This document shows, piece after piece, positions 20,693 to 30,095 of a stretch of 59,606 nt of DNA; position 1 is the stretch's first letter; every line of letters begins with the position of its first letter. Source of the DNA: Bacilli bacterium (lineage in GTDB: Bacteria; Bacillota_I; Bacilli_A; RFN20; CAG-826); the NCBI GenBank assembly GCA_024680795.1, contig JAILBR010000063.1, positions 1-59,606 on the forward strand, given 5' to 3'. The position numbers and the translations under genes were made by a program. Under the pieces are notes generated by a model, which worked only from the letters and a program-made list of their open reading frames with translations, made no database searches and was not told the origin of the DNA.

Positions 20693-21199
20693 TTATCTTT
20701 TAATCCAGGCTTGGAGTTTAGCGTCAATATCATTGACTTCGCTGCCCTTGCAAGCAAATCCATTTTTAATAATCGCACCTCTAGCCGCTCCTCTTAATTC
20801 GAGTTCTGCTAAGCCGAGCGCGCCTTCTTCATTGGTGGCAAAAGGATAAATGGTTTTGCCCATGAATGAATAAGAGCTTAAAAAGGTAGCAACAACACGT
20901 GGATAAGTTCTCCACCAGCAAGGGAATCCAAGATAAATAACATCGTATTCATCTAGATTTTCTTTTGGGTTTTGGAAAGGAACTTTTGCGTTTTCTTGAT
21001 CCTCTCTTCTACTCCTTGCTACACATTCTTCGTAATTTGCAGGATATGGGTCAACTGGAAGCAATTTATAAAGTTCTGCATCCAATAACTTGGCGATTTT
21101 TTCAGCAACAATCTCGGTGAAACCTTTGCTGATGTATTCCATTTCACCGTTAACACTATTTTCTCCGGTTCGAGAAAAGTAGACTACTAATGTTTTCAT
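20693..21199 (-). CDS. Flavodoxin
   Basis: LVVYFSRTGEN, YDVIYLGFPCWW, PFATNE. Confidence 0.9.
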   Translation of the reverse strand: MKTLVVYFSRTGENSVNGEMEYISKGFTEIVAEKIAKLLDAELYKLLPVDPYPANYEECVARSRREDQENAKVPFQNPKENLDEYDVIYLGFPCWWRTYPRVVATFLSSYSFMGKTIYPFATNEEGALGLAELELRGAARGAIIKNGFACKGSEVNDIDAKLQAWIKR

Positions 21200-21252
21200 T
21201 ATGTATATACCTCAATAGGTATTATGCCAAATATTTAGTTTTTTTGCATTAA

Positions 21253-21278
21253 TAAAAGTGCTCAAATTAAAGAGCACT
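21253..21278 (-). terminator. Terminator after membrane protein gene
   Basis: AGTGCTC/GAGCACT stem followed by a T run on the minus strand. Confidence 0.55.
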
Positions 21279-21303
21279 AATTATTAATTAACCTATAATT
21301 GAA

Positions 21304-21987
21304 CTATTCAGCCTTTTCTTCTTTTTCTTCTTCAGGGGCTGGTTCTTCTTCTTTAGCTTCCTCTGGTTCAGCTTCTGGTTCTGGTTCAGGTTCAGCTGCT
21401 TGTTGAGGAGCAGGTTGTTCTTGTTGTTGCATTGGCATCACTGATGATAATAATATCGCGGCAAATAATGCATATAAAACTAAATTGATAACACTAATTT
21501 CGCCCAAGCCAACTGAATTACCTCTTAAATCAAAGACAAGATCTAAAAGCAAAGCTAAAACGAATATAGAAGCAAACATAGATGCAATTCTGTATAAGAC
21601 ATTTTTGTTAACAAGTCTGGCGACAACATAGAATCCAGAAATTGCTAAAGAAGCAATCATACTAATGATTGAAATTGTCCATGCTGTTGGTCCATATAAA
21701 TCATAGTAGTTAATGAGGACAAATAGAAAACGTAAGAACATAAATAATGTAAATATATCAACAGAAAGAATTTCTAGAACCATTTTGAAACGCGCTGGTA
21801 GTTTACTACCAACAATAAGTCCGATAATTCCAGTTGCTATATAATAGCAAGCAAATATTACTCCAAGGATACCCAATGCAAGGAAATAACCATTTTGCGA
21901 ATCGAGGCTGTTCAAATAAATTAAGAACAATAAAGCACCGAAAATAATCGAAATAAATGGCTTAATAATGTCATAAACTTTTTTCAT
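21304..21987 (-). CDS. Hypothetical 6-TM membrane protein with acidic Pro/Glu tail
   Basis: Six hydrophobic segments; the SD AAGGAG supports the start at 21987. Confidence 0.7.
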   Translation of the reverse strand: MKKVYDIIKPFISIIFGALLFLIYLNSLDSQNGYFLALGILGVIFACYYIATGIIGLIVGSKLPARFKMVLEILSVDIFTLFMFLRFLFVLINYYDLYGPTAWTISIISMIASLAISGFYVVARLVNKNVLYRIASMFASIFVLALLLDLVFDLRGNSVGLGEISVINLVLYALFAAILLSSVMPMQQQEQPAPQQAAEPEPEPEAEPEEAKEEEPAPEEEKEEKAE

Positions 21988-22061
21988 AAAATATTTCTCC
22001 TTATTAGAGTCATTATACACCAATGAATGTAAAATAGTTATATTTTATTTATATGAGGAAT

Positions 22062-22090
22062 AAAAAAGATTTGCCATTAGGACAAACCTC
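22062..22090 (-). terminator. Terminator after mnmA
   Basis: Minus strand GAGGTTTGTC-CTAAT-GGCAAATCTT then TTTT. Confidence 0.65.
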
Positions 22091-22113
22091 ATTATTTTAA
22101 ATATTAAACTAGA

Positions 22114-23244
22114 CTAAATATCTGTTCTTTTTCCCTTATAGTAAGTGGAATCTATTAACCCACCACCAAGGCAGATATCTCCATCATATAAAACCGCTGC
22201 TTGACCAGTAGTAACACTTTTATATGGTTCATCATAAATAAGTTCAATCTCATCTTCGCCTAAATAATGGATGGTTACACCATTATCTTGTTGTCGATAT
22301 CTAAATTTAGCGTTGATATGACTGTTATCTTTTGGAGGAATAGAGATAAAATTCAAACTCTTAACAATACATCTATCGGATAAAAGATATTCATTTTCGT
22401 CTCCACTAGCGACATATAAAATGTTTTTCTTAATGTCCTTTTTACAAACAAACCATCCCTTAGCAACTTCGCCAGAGATACCACCGATACCTAGGCCTTT
22501 TCTTTGTCCAATTGTATAATACATGACTCCGTCATGTCTACCAATAACTCTTCCGGTTTCAATATCAACGATATCACCTTTTTTAGCAGGGATATAATTC
22601 TTTAAAAATTCTTTAAAGTGTCTTTCACCAATAAAGCAGACTCCGGTAGAATCTTTCTTATCAGCAATTTCTAAATCTAATTCATGCGCTATTTTTCTCA
22701 CTTCAGCTTTATCGATATCTCCTAGTGGGAATAGAGCATATTTTAACTGCTCTTGGCTAATTTGATTTAGGAAATAAGTTTGGTCTTTATTTTGGTCATA
22801 ACTCTTACATAAGTAAGCAACACCATCTTTATCCACTCTTTTGGCGTAGTGACCCATGGCAATCATATCGAAACTCTGATCGAGAGCAAATTTTAAGAAA
22901 GCATCAAACTTTATATATTTATTACAAAATATATCAGGGTTAGGAGTTCTACCTGCTTCATATTCTCTAATGAGATAAGTAAATACTTCATCCCAATACT
23001 CTTTGACAAAGTCAATTCTTAATAGAGGAATACCTAACTTTTTAGCAGTTGCCACAGCATCATCATAATCAGCCTCTTGTGGGCATTGACTATTATTGAT
23101 GGTGGGGTTACCTAAATAATCTCCATTAGCAAGAGCATCCCAATTACGCATAAAACAGCCAGAGACGTCGTATCCTTGCTTTTTAAGCAAATAGGCCGCC
23201 ACTGCGCTATCTACACCACCAGAAAGTCCCACTAAGATTTTCAT
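22114..23244 (-). CDS. mnmA: tRNA 2-thiouridylase MnmA
   Basis: SGGVDS, TPNPDIFCN, KDQTYFL, DSTGVCFIGE, YTIGQRKG. Confidence 0.98.
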   Translation of the reverse strand: MKILVGLSGGVDSAVAAYLLKKQGYDVSGCFMRNWDALANGDYLGNPTINNSQCPQEADYDDAVATAKKLGIPLLRIDFVKEYWDEVFTYLIREYEAGRTPNPDIFCNKYIKFDAFLKFALDQSFDMIAMGHYAKRVDKDGVAYLCKSYDQNKDQTYFLNQISQEQLKYALFPLGDIDKAEVRKIAHELDLEIADKKDSTGVCFIGERHFKEFLKNYIPAKKGDIVDIETGRVIGRHDGVMYYTIGQRKGLGIGGISGEVAKGWFVCKKDIKKNILYVASGDENEYLLSDRCIVKSLNFISIPPKDNSHINAKFRYRQQDNGVTIHYLGEDEIELIYDEPYKSVTTGQAAVLYDGDICLGGGLIDSTYYKGKRTDI

Positions 23245-23699
23245 TCGTTAAATAATTCCTTACTATCAAGCATGATGGTAAATGGTCCATCATTCACACT
23301 GTGGACAAGCATATCAGCACCAAATACGCCAGTTGATATGCCTTTTCCAAATTGATGTTCTAATTCTTCATTAAAATAGTTATATAATTCTTCGGCTTCA
23401 TGAGGCCTCATCGCATCGACGAAAGAAGGTCTCCTTCCACCTTTTGTATTTGCGTAAAGAGTAAATTGGCTAACTGATAAAATGCTGCCGTTAACATCAT
23501 AAATCGATAAATTAATCTGACGATGCTCATCTGCAAAGACACGTAATTTTAAGATCTTATCAATCATTTTATCAACAATGTCTTTATTATCGGTATCGGT
23601 AAAACCGATAAGTAAAAGGTAACCATGGTTAATTTGTCCCACAGTTTTACCTAATATTTCAACACTTGCACTTTTAACAGTTTGAACTAATACTCTCAT
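23241..23699 (-). CDS. dtd: D-aminoacyl-tRNA deacylase
   Basis: VSQFTL, GRRPSF, NDGPFT. Confidence 0.97.
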   Translation of the reverse strand: MRVLVQTVKSASVEILGKTVGQINHGYLLLIGFTDTDNKDIVDKMIDKILKLRVFADEHRQINLSIYDVNGSILSVSQFTLYANTKGGRRPSFVDAMRPHEAEELYNYFNEELEHQFGKGISTGVFGADMLVHSVNDGPFTIMLDSKELFNE

Positions 23700-23700
23700 T

Positions 23701-25002
23701 TTAATCAACGATTTCTCTAATCACTGGTTGAGCGTAAACAACTTCGTCAACGATTTCATATGCACCTTTGATTTGGTTGATTGCTTCTTCATAATTATCT
23801 TTATTTGTATAGGCTGTGCATAATAAATCACCTTTTTCAACATATGCACCGACCTTATTTGTTAAATAAACACCGGCGGACATATCAATCTTGTCTTCTA
23901 ATGTTTCTCTACCCGCACCTAATTTCATGGCGGCGACACCAATTTCTAAAGCATCACATTTCTTAATATAGCCGGTTTTCTCTGCTCTAATTTCAATAGC
24001 TTTTGAACTAACTTCAAATTTTTCTGGATGACGAATGCAATCGACATCTCCGCCTTGTGCCTCAACCATTTGGCAAAGCTTTTCAAAAGCACTACCATCT
24101 TCGATAACACTCTTTAATTTTGCTTTAGCTTCCTCTCTAGTCTTACAAATATTAGCTTGAACGAGCATGATGCTACCTGAAGTAAAACATAATTCCATTA
24201 AATCTTCTGGACCATTGCCTTGTAAAGAAGCAATAGCTTCTTTGATTTCTAAGGAATTACCAACCGCTCTACCTAATGGCTCGCTCATATCACTTAAAAC
24301 AGCAACAGTATTTCTATTCAAACTCTTGCCGATATTGACCATAGTTCTTGCGAGTTCTCTAGCACTTTCCATGTTCTTCATGAAAGCGCCTTCACCAACA
24401 GTGACATCTAATAAAATAGCATCAGTACCACTAGCGAGTTTCTTACTCATAACACTAGCGGCAATTAGAGGGATAGATTCAACAGTGCCAGTTACATCTC
24501 TTAGAGCATAAAGTTTCTTATCAGCAGGAACTAAAGACTTGGTTTGTCCGATAATAGCGATGCCGATATCGTTAACTTGTTTCACCATTTCTTCTTTAGT
24601 TTTAGCGATGTTCATGCCTGGAATGGATTCTAATTTATCTAAAGTACCACCAGTATGTCCTAAACCTCTGCCACTCATTTTGGCAAGTTTAGCGCCACAA
24701 GCAGCAACCATTGGTCCTAAGACAATACTTGTTTTATCGCCAACACCACCAGTTGAGTGTTTGTCTACTTTAACACCAGCGATATCACTTAAATCAATGA
24801 CTTCACCACTATATTCCATCGCATCAGTCAAAGTCGCAATTTCTCTTTTGGTCATACCTTTAAATAAGATAGCCATCGCCATTGCGCTTGATTGATAATC
24901 AGGAATTGATCCTTCTGTATATCCTTTAATCCAGAAACGAATTTCTTCATCAGTTAATTCATTTCCTTCACGTTTTTTAATGATTAAATCTACCATTCTC
25001 AT
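23701..25002 (-). CDS. pdp: Pyrimidine-nucleoside phosphorylase
   Basis: DKHSTGGVGDK, KMSGRGLGHTGGTLDKLESIPG; SD GAGGTG before MRMVD. Confidence 0.97.
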   Translation of the reverse strand: MRMVDLIIKKREGNELTDEEIRFWIKGYTEGSIPDYQSSAMAMAILFKGMTKREIATLTDAMEYSGEVIDLSDIAGVKVDKHSTGGVGDKTSIVLGPMVAACGAKLAKMSGRGLGHTGGTLDKLESIPGMNIAKTKEEMVKQVNDIGIAIIGQTKSLVPADKKLYALRDVTGTVESIPLIAASVMSKKLASGTDAILLDVTVGEGAFMKNMESARELARTMVNIGKSLNRNTVAVLSDMSEPLGRAVGNSLEIKEAIASLQGNGPEDLMELCFTSGSIMLVQANICKTREEAKAKLKSVIEDGSAFEKLCQMVEAQGGDVDCIRHPEKFEVSSKAIEIRAEKTGYIKKCDALEIGVAAMKLGAGRETLEDKIDMSAGVYLTNKVGAYVEKGDLLCTAYTNKDNYEEAINQIKGAYEIVDEVVYAQPVIREIVD

Positions 25003-25110
25003 AAGATGCACCTCACAAAATATTATTATAACATAATAAAAAGTCATTTAATACTATGTAATAAATAACTTTTGCTTTAACTATATTTTTAAATATTCAA
25101 ATAACTAAAA

Positions 25111-25905
25111 CTAGTCTATAATTTTGAGCTTTTTAAGAGCGTCTTTTACCCCATGATTCCAGACATGAGTGGTCACTATTGATGCATTTTCTTTTGACTC
25201 ATCTTTGCCGTTTTCCATACAAATAGAAGTTCCAACTTCTTTAAACATCGATATATCAGCGACATCATCACCAAAGGCAATCGCGTTCTCCTTCTTATAA
25301 CCGAAATAATCAATAACGAATTTGACACTTTCACCTTTATCATGAATGACATCTAAAACATCGACACCATAATCATGGAATCTAAAATAGTTAACTTCCT
25401 TTGGAAGTTCTTGAACCAATATTTCATCATATTCTTTTCCCGCAAATAGCATGGCGGAGATGACATGACGGTTATGGTAATCTTCGACTGGTGGCACTTC
25501 TTCATAAAAAGATTCAAAAACAAAATCCACCATTTCATTTTTAGGAGCGATTAAAAATCTAGAAAAAGGTTCTGTTGCTTCTAAAGTTAAACCATGAGAT
25601 AACACTACTTCACAAATCTTTTCAAAAATTGAAGGGGTAATTGGTTTTTCATTAATCACTTTATTTTGATAAAGTGTGAGGCCGCCATTACATAAAATCA
25701 TCCCATCTGGTGTGATTAAATCTAATAAGCCAATTTGTTTAACTGTATGTAATGGTCTAGCGGTACAAAGAAAAACTTTTATCCCTTTTTCTTGTACCTT
25801 TTTAAGTGCGTTTATCGATTCAACATCAAAGACATGATCACCATTAGAATGGTCAAAAATGGTCCAGTCGATATCAGTAAAGATGATTTTATAATCTTTT
25901 TTCAT
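25111..25905 (-). CDS. Cof-type HAD hydrolase
   Basis: DIDWT, CTAR, DKG, FGDDVADISM. Confidence 0.88.
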   Translation of the reverse strand: MKKDYKIIFTDIDWTIFDHSNGDHVFDVESINALKKVQEKGIKVFLCTARPLHTVKQIGLLDLITPDGMILCNGGLTLYQNKVINEKPITPSIFEKICEVVLSHGLTLEATEPFSRFLIAPKNEMVDFVFESFYEEVPPVEDYHNRHVISAMLFAGKEYDEILVQELPKEVNYFRFHDYGVDVLDVIHDKGESVKFVIDYFGYKKENAIAFGDDVADISMFKEVGTSICMENGKDESKENASIVTTHVWNHGVKDALKKLKIID

Positions 25906-25949
25906 ATGTGAATACTCTATCACAAGTCTGATTATGTTATAATCCTTTT

Positions 25950-27236
25950 ATGACATTTAAGGAAAATCTCTTAGAATTTTTAACCTTAGAAGATGCTGAT
26001 AAGTTGCTTGATAGTCTTAAACTAGAAGATTATCATGCAGTTTTATTAAATCCAAAAAAGATAAATAAAGAATATTTTATCTCATTATTTCCTCATGTCA
26101 CCTCCCATCCATATGTCGAAAATGCTTTTATCTATGATAAGAATGAATATCCACTAGGAAAAAGCATTTATCATGAATTAGGATATTTTTATCTTCAAGA
26201 GCCTTCAGCGATGATGGTCTCTTCCTTATTAAATATATCTAAAGATGATTTAGTGCTAGATTTATGCGCCGCTCCTGGAGGGAAATCAATCGGAGCGAGT
26301 TTTAAACTCGATGGTACTGGTCTCATTATTTCTAACGATTTATCTAGGCCAAGATGTAGCCTCATCGTTGAAAATGCGGAAAGACTGGGCTTAGAAAACC
26401 TTTTAATCGTTAATAATGATTTTGAAAAGATTTATCAAGATTATTTAGAAAAGTTTGATGTCATCATTTTAGATGCTCCATGTTCAGGAAGTGGGATGTT
26501 TAGAAAAGACGATAAGATGATTGCGGATTGGTCAATAAACAAAGTTTATAAGTTTGCAGAAATCCAAAAATCTCTTATTAACATCGCTTATCAAATGCTT
26601 AAACCAGGCGGGACTTTATCGTATTCTACTTGTTCTTATTCTATAGAAGAAGACGAAGAAGTCATCGAATATCTCTTATCAAATACGGATGCCGAAATAT
26701 TGCCTCTACCATATATAAAGAAAGCTTATATAAATAAGAATAAGCCAATCGGAATTAGAATGATGCCGTCTAATTTTAGTGGAGAAGGTCAATATATATG
26801 TCAGATCAAAAAACCAGGAAACAAAAAACCAACAGCTTATGAAAATAGCAATAAATATAAAAAAGAACTTCCTTCTTCTTTAGAAGACAAAGACGTTCAA
26901 AAATATGGTAACACTTATTTCTATTTAAATAATGCGATTAAAGTTAAAGGTCTTAATATCGTTAGATATGGAGTCAAAATCGGCGAAGATAATAAAAACA
27001 TTTTTAGATTTGATCTCCACTACGCAAGAGTTGGAAATAGAAAAGATTTACCTTCTATCGAACTAAATCTTGATGAAGTTAAAGAATATCTATACGGAAA
27101 TGTGATTAGAAAATCTAACCCATATAAAGGCTATATTTATCTCATTTATCAAAATAACCCCATCGATATTGCAAAAACCGACGGGGAACAAATCAAAAAT
27201 TATTATCCAAAAGGATTAAGAAAAAGGTTCAATTAA
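25950..27236 (+). CDS. rsmF: RsmF/NOL1-family rRNA m5C methyltransferase
   Basis: YLQEPSAM, DLCAAPGGKS, DAPCSGSGMFRK, YSTCS, C-terminal KNYYPKGLR. Confidence 0.93.
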   Translation: MTFKENLLEFLTLEDADKLLDSLKLEDYHAVLLNPKKINKEYFISLFPHVTSHPYVENAFIYDKNEYPLGKSIYHELGYFYLQEPSAMMVSSLLNISKDDLVLDLCAAPGGKSIGASFKLDGTGLIISNDLSRPRCSLIVENAERLGLENLLIVNNDFEKIYQDYLEKFDVIILDAPCSGSGMFRKDDKMIADWSINKVYKFAEIQKSLINIAYQMLKPGGTLSYSTCSYSIEEDEEVIEYLLSNTDAEILPLPYIKKAYINKNKPIGIRMMPSNFSGEGQYICQIKKPGNKKPTAYENSNKYKKELPSSLEDKDVQKYGNTYFYLNNAIKVKGLNIVRYGVKIGEDNKNIFRFDLHYARVGNRKDLPSIELNLDEVKEYLYGNVIRKSNPYKGYIYLIYQNNPIDIAKTDGEQIKNYYPKGLRKRFN

Positions 27237-28018
27237 TAAACGCGATTGAACCTATATTTTTTATAAGTTGATTTTGCCATTACAGCATTATCTTTTAATC
27301 TAACGTTGAAGGTTAATTCTCTTTGAATGCGAGAATGGACGATTTTCGCCACATCTTCTGTTGTTAATCCTTCGTATTCTTCCTTATAAATCGGAGGTAA
27401 GAATTTGATATGGATCGGATAAGATTTAAGTGAATGCTTGGTGCTTAATAAACGGAAAGAACCATAATTAACCACTGGCACAATTGGAACACCAGCTTTC
27501 ATCGCTGCTCTAAAGGTGCCGTGATGAAACTCTGGAATAATTGCGAGTTGATCTTTATTCCTTGTTCCTTCTGGGAAGATAAACCAGTTCATCTCGTTAT
27601 TTCTAAGTGAATCTTGCACCTTCATCATCACCTTTAATTGTTGTTTTAAGTCATCTCTTTTTAAGAAGAGACCACCGCCAATTTCTAACATCTTACCAAC
27701 AATTGGATACTTTTGGATTTCCACTTTTCCTAAGAATGCAATTGGTTTTTCAAAGACTTTAAAATATGGTAATGGATCAGTGCTAGAAAGGTGATTTGCG
27801 AAATAGCAACTTGCTACTTCAGGCATATTTTCTTTTCCTTCAACATAGATATCCGCTTTTAAAATATCATCTGCTTTAGAGATGAGTTTTTTGACTTTAG
27901 CATATCTCTTATCAATAGGAATTTCTTTTATCTTTTTATGATAAGAAATGACCCAGCCAAAGTAAGCGACAATCGCGCGAGGCAACATTCTAAGAATTGT
28001 TTGTATTAAATGCCACAT
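27233..28018 (-). CDS. plsC: 1-acyl-sn-glycerol-3-phosphate acyltransferase
   Basis: NHLSSTD, FPEGTR, PIVPV. Confidence 0.9.
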   Translation of the reverse strand: MWHLIQTILRMLPRAIVAYFGWVISYHKKIKEIPIDKRYAKVKKLISKADDILKADIYVEGKENMPEVASCYFANHLSSTDPLPYFKVFEKPIAFLGKVEIQKYPIVGKMLEIGGGLFLKRDDLKQQLKVMMKVQDSLRNNEMNWFIFPEGTRNKDQLAIIPEFHHGTFRAAMKAGVPIVPVVNYGSFRLLSTKHSLKSYPIHIKFLPPIYKEEYEGLTTEDVAKIVHSRIQRELTFNVRLKDNAVMAKSTYKKYRFNRVY

Positions 28019-28020
28019 AA

Positions 28021-30093
28021 TTATTTAAGTAAGAAAATGTTCACTGATCCCGCTGCGGATATGAAGTTTTTAACGATGTATTCCTTATTAGGTATACCAG
28101 CACCCGAGAGATAAAGGGTTAAATAATCATCAAATTCAATTTGTTGTAATTTATCGGTTGGATTAACGATAATTACAGCCTTTTTACTAATGTCTAGATA
28201 TTTAGGATCTCTAACTGCGATAGAAAGAACGCCACTAGGAAGTTGGAACATGTCAAACGCTTTTAAAATATCGCCTGCTTTACGAAGAGTGAATAAGCTA
28301 GAGAATTTCTTTCTAATCTTTATTAGATCAACCAAGAGATTAATCATGTCTTTTCTTTCTTCAACAAGCTTCCAATCCATATTATTGATGCCTTTGACAT
28401 TATAAGTATTATCTAAACCACACTTAGATAAGCCAATCTCTTGTCCCATATGAATAAATGGAACACCAAGAGCAAATATCAAAAGTGAATTAGCAAATTT
28501 TACTCTCTTTAATATTTCGTTTTTGTCATCATAGATGCATGCTAATTTGTCGTAGATAGTTTGATTATCATGACATTCAACATAGTTAATTGATTGGCAT
28601 GTATCTTGGAATTTATTATTAATAACGCTACCAAGTAAAACGTGTTCGACAGGTGTTTTATATTCTAAATTTCCAGAAACATATCCCTTTTCTTCATGGT
28701 TAAATGTTGAACCTTTGATAAGATCTCTAAATGAATCATTAAAGAAGGCAATGCCTGGAAGTTTATCAGCGTTAACCATCGATGATTTTTTGTCTTCAGG
28801 TAGGTTAGTGCCCATATGCCAGCCTTCACCATAGAACATGATGTTTGGTTTTATTTCTTTAGCAGCGGCAAAAGCTTCATTTGTCGTATCAACATCAATT
28901 AAACCGAGAAGGTCAAATCTGAAGCCATCGATATCAAATGTCTCAATTAAATATTTAATAGAGTCAATGATGATTTTTCTCGCCATTTTCTTTTCAGAGG
29001 CAAAATCATTTCCGCATCCCGAAGCATTACAGACTTTATTCTTGTATCTTCTAAAGTAATAGAAAGGTACATTAGCCTGGAATCCAGTATTGATATAATC
29101 ATATAAATGATTATAAACAACATCTAGAATCACTTTTATATCATTTTTATGTAGTTCGTTAACTAAATTCTTAAATTCAATTAAACGACTAATTGGATCT
29201 TCTGGGAAAGAAGAATAGCTACCTTCTAGGCAGAAGAACCCAACTGGGTCATAACCCCAGTTATAAACATCTTTTAATAAGTCGTCACCAGTCGCGAAAT
29301 CTAAAACTGGTAAAAGTTGGACATGAGTAATGCCAAGTTTCTTTAAATAATCGATTTTTTCGATTAATCCTGTATATGTACCAGGATGTTCAACATCCGC
29401 AGTTTCGGTAAAATCACGGATTGATAATTCGTAAATTATAGCTTCATTATAATTTTCAGTTTTTGTTGGCGGTTCCACTTTACCCATCGATTTGACGATA
29501 TCTAAGTCTAAAACCACAGAATATTCACTATTTAAACTAGTGCCTTTTGCATATGGATCAAGGATTTGATGTTCTCTACCATTAACCCTCACCATATAAG
29601 CGTATTTCTTATTGAATAAGTCACCCTTTAATCTTAAAGAGAACACTCCGTGTTCTTCTCTATTCATCTCATAAAGAAGGAAGGAATTTTCTTGTTCTTT
29701 CTTTTCGAGTTTTAAATAGACTTTATCGCTGAGAGGTGACCAGACTTTAAATAAAGATGAAGAAGGCGAATAAGTCACACCTAAATCATCACCTTCGTAG
29801 GCATAATATTCATCAAATTCTGGAGTTAACACATAATTGTCATAATCTAGATAGACACTTTCGTCTTCACTAGACATAACGCGATAGTCAAATCCTAATT
29901 CGATTTCTTCTCGACAAATAAGTTTGACTTCAGGAATTGAAGTACGATGATTAATCTCTTTTCTCAAAGATAGTCTTTGGTTCTCTTTAATTAAGTAGAA
30001 ATCAACATTATCTACACTGGAATAAGTCGAAATGTAGACAATCGAGATCTCATGAGCGTTAATTAAAGAGGCATGCAGTAAATTTTTTCTCAT
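28021..30093 (-). CDS. pulA: Type I pullulanase / glycogen debranching enzyme (GH13), cytoplasmic
   Basis: YNWGYDP, DVVYNH, GFRFDLLG, YGEGW, YVECHDN; no signal peptide. Confidence 0.93.
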   Translation of the reverse strand: MRKNLLHASLINAHEISIVYISTYSSVDNVDFYLIKENQRLSLRKEINHRTSIPEVKLICREEIELGFDYRVMSSEDESVYLDYDNYVLTPEFDEYYAYEGDDLGVTYSPSSSLFKVWSPLSDKVYLKLEKKEQENSFLLYEMNREEHGVFSLRLKGDLFNKKYAYMVRVNGREHQILDPYAKGTSLNSEYSVVLDLDIVKSMGKVEPPTKTENYNEAIIYELSIRDFTETADVEHPGTYTGLIEKIDYLKKLGITHVQLLPVLDFATGDDLLKDVYNWGYDPVGFFCLEGSYSSFPEDPISRLIEFKNLVNELHKNDIKVILDVVYNHLYDYINTGFQANVPFYYFRRYKNKVCNASGCGNDFASEKKMARKIIIDSIKYLIETFDIDGFRFDLLGLIDVDTTNEAFAAAKEIKPNIMFYGEGWHMGTNLPEDKKSSMVNADKLPGIAFFNDSFRDLIKGSTFNHEEKGYVSGNLEYKTPVEHVLLGSVINNKFQDTCQSINYVECHDNQTIYDKLACIYDDKNEILKRVKFANSLLIFALGVPFIHMGQEIGLSKCGLDNTYNVKGINNMDWKLVEERKDMINLLVDLIKIRKKFSSLFTLRKAGDILKAFDMFQLPSGVLSIAVRDPKYLDISKKAVIIVNPTDKLQQIEFDDYLTLYLSGAGIPNKEYIVKNFISAAGSVNIFLLK

Positions 30094-30095
30094 AA

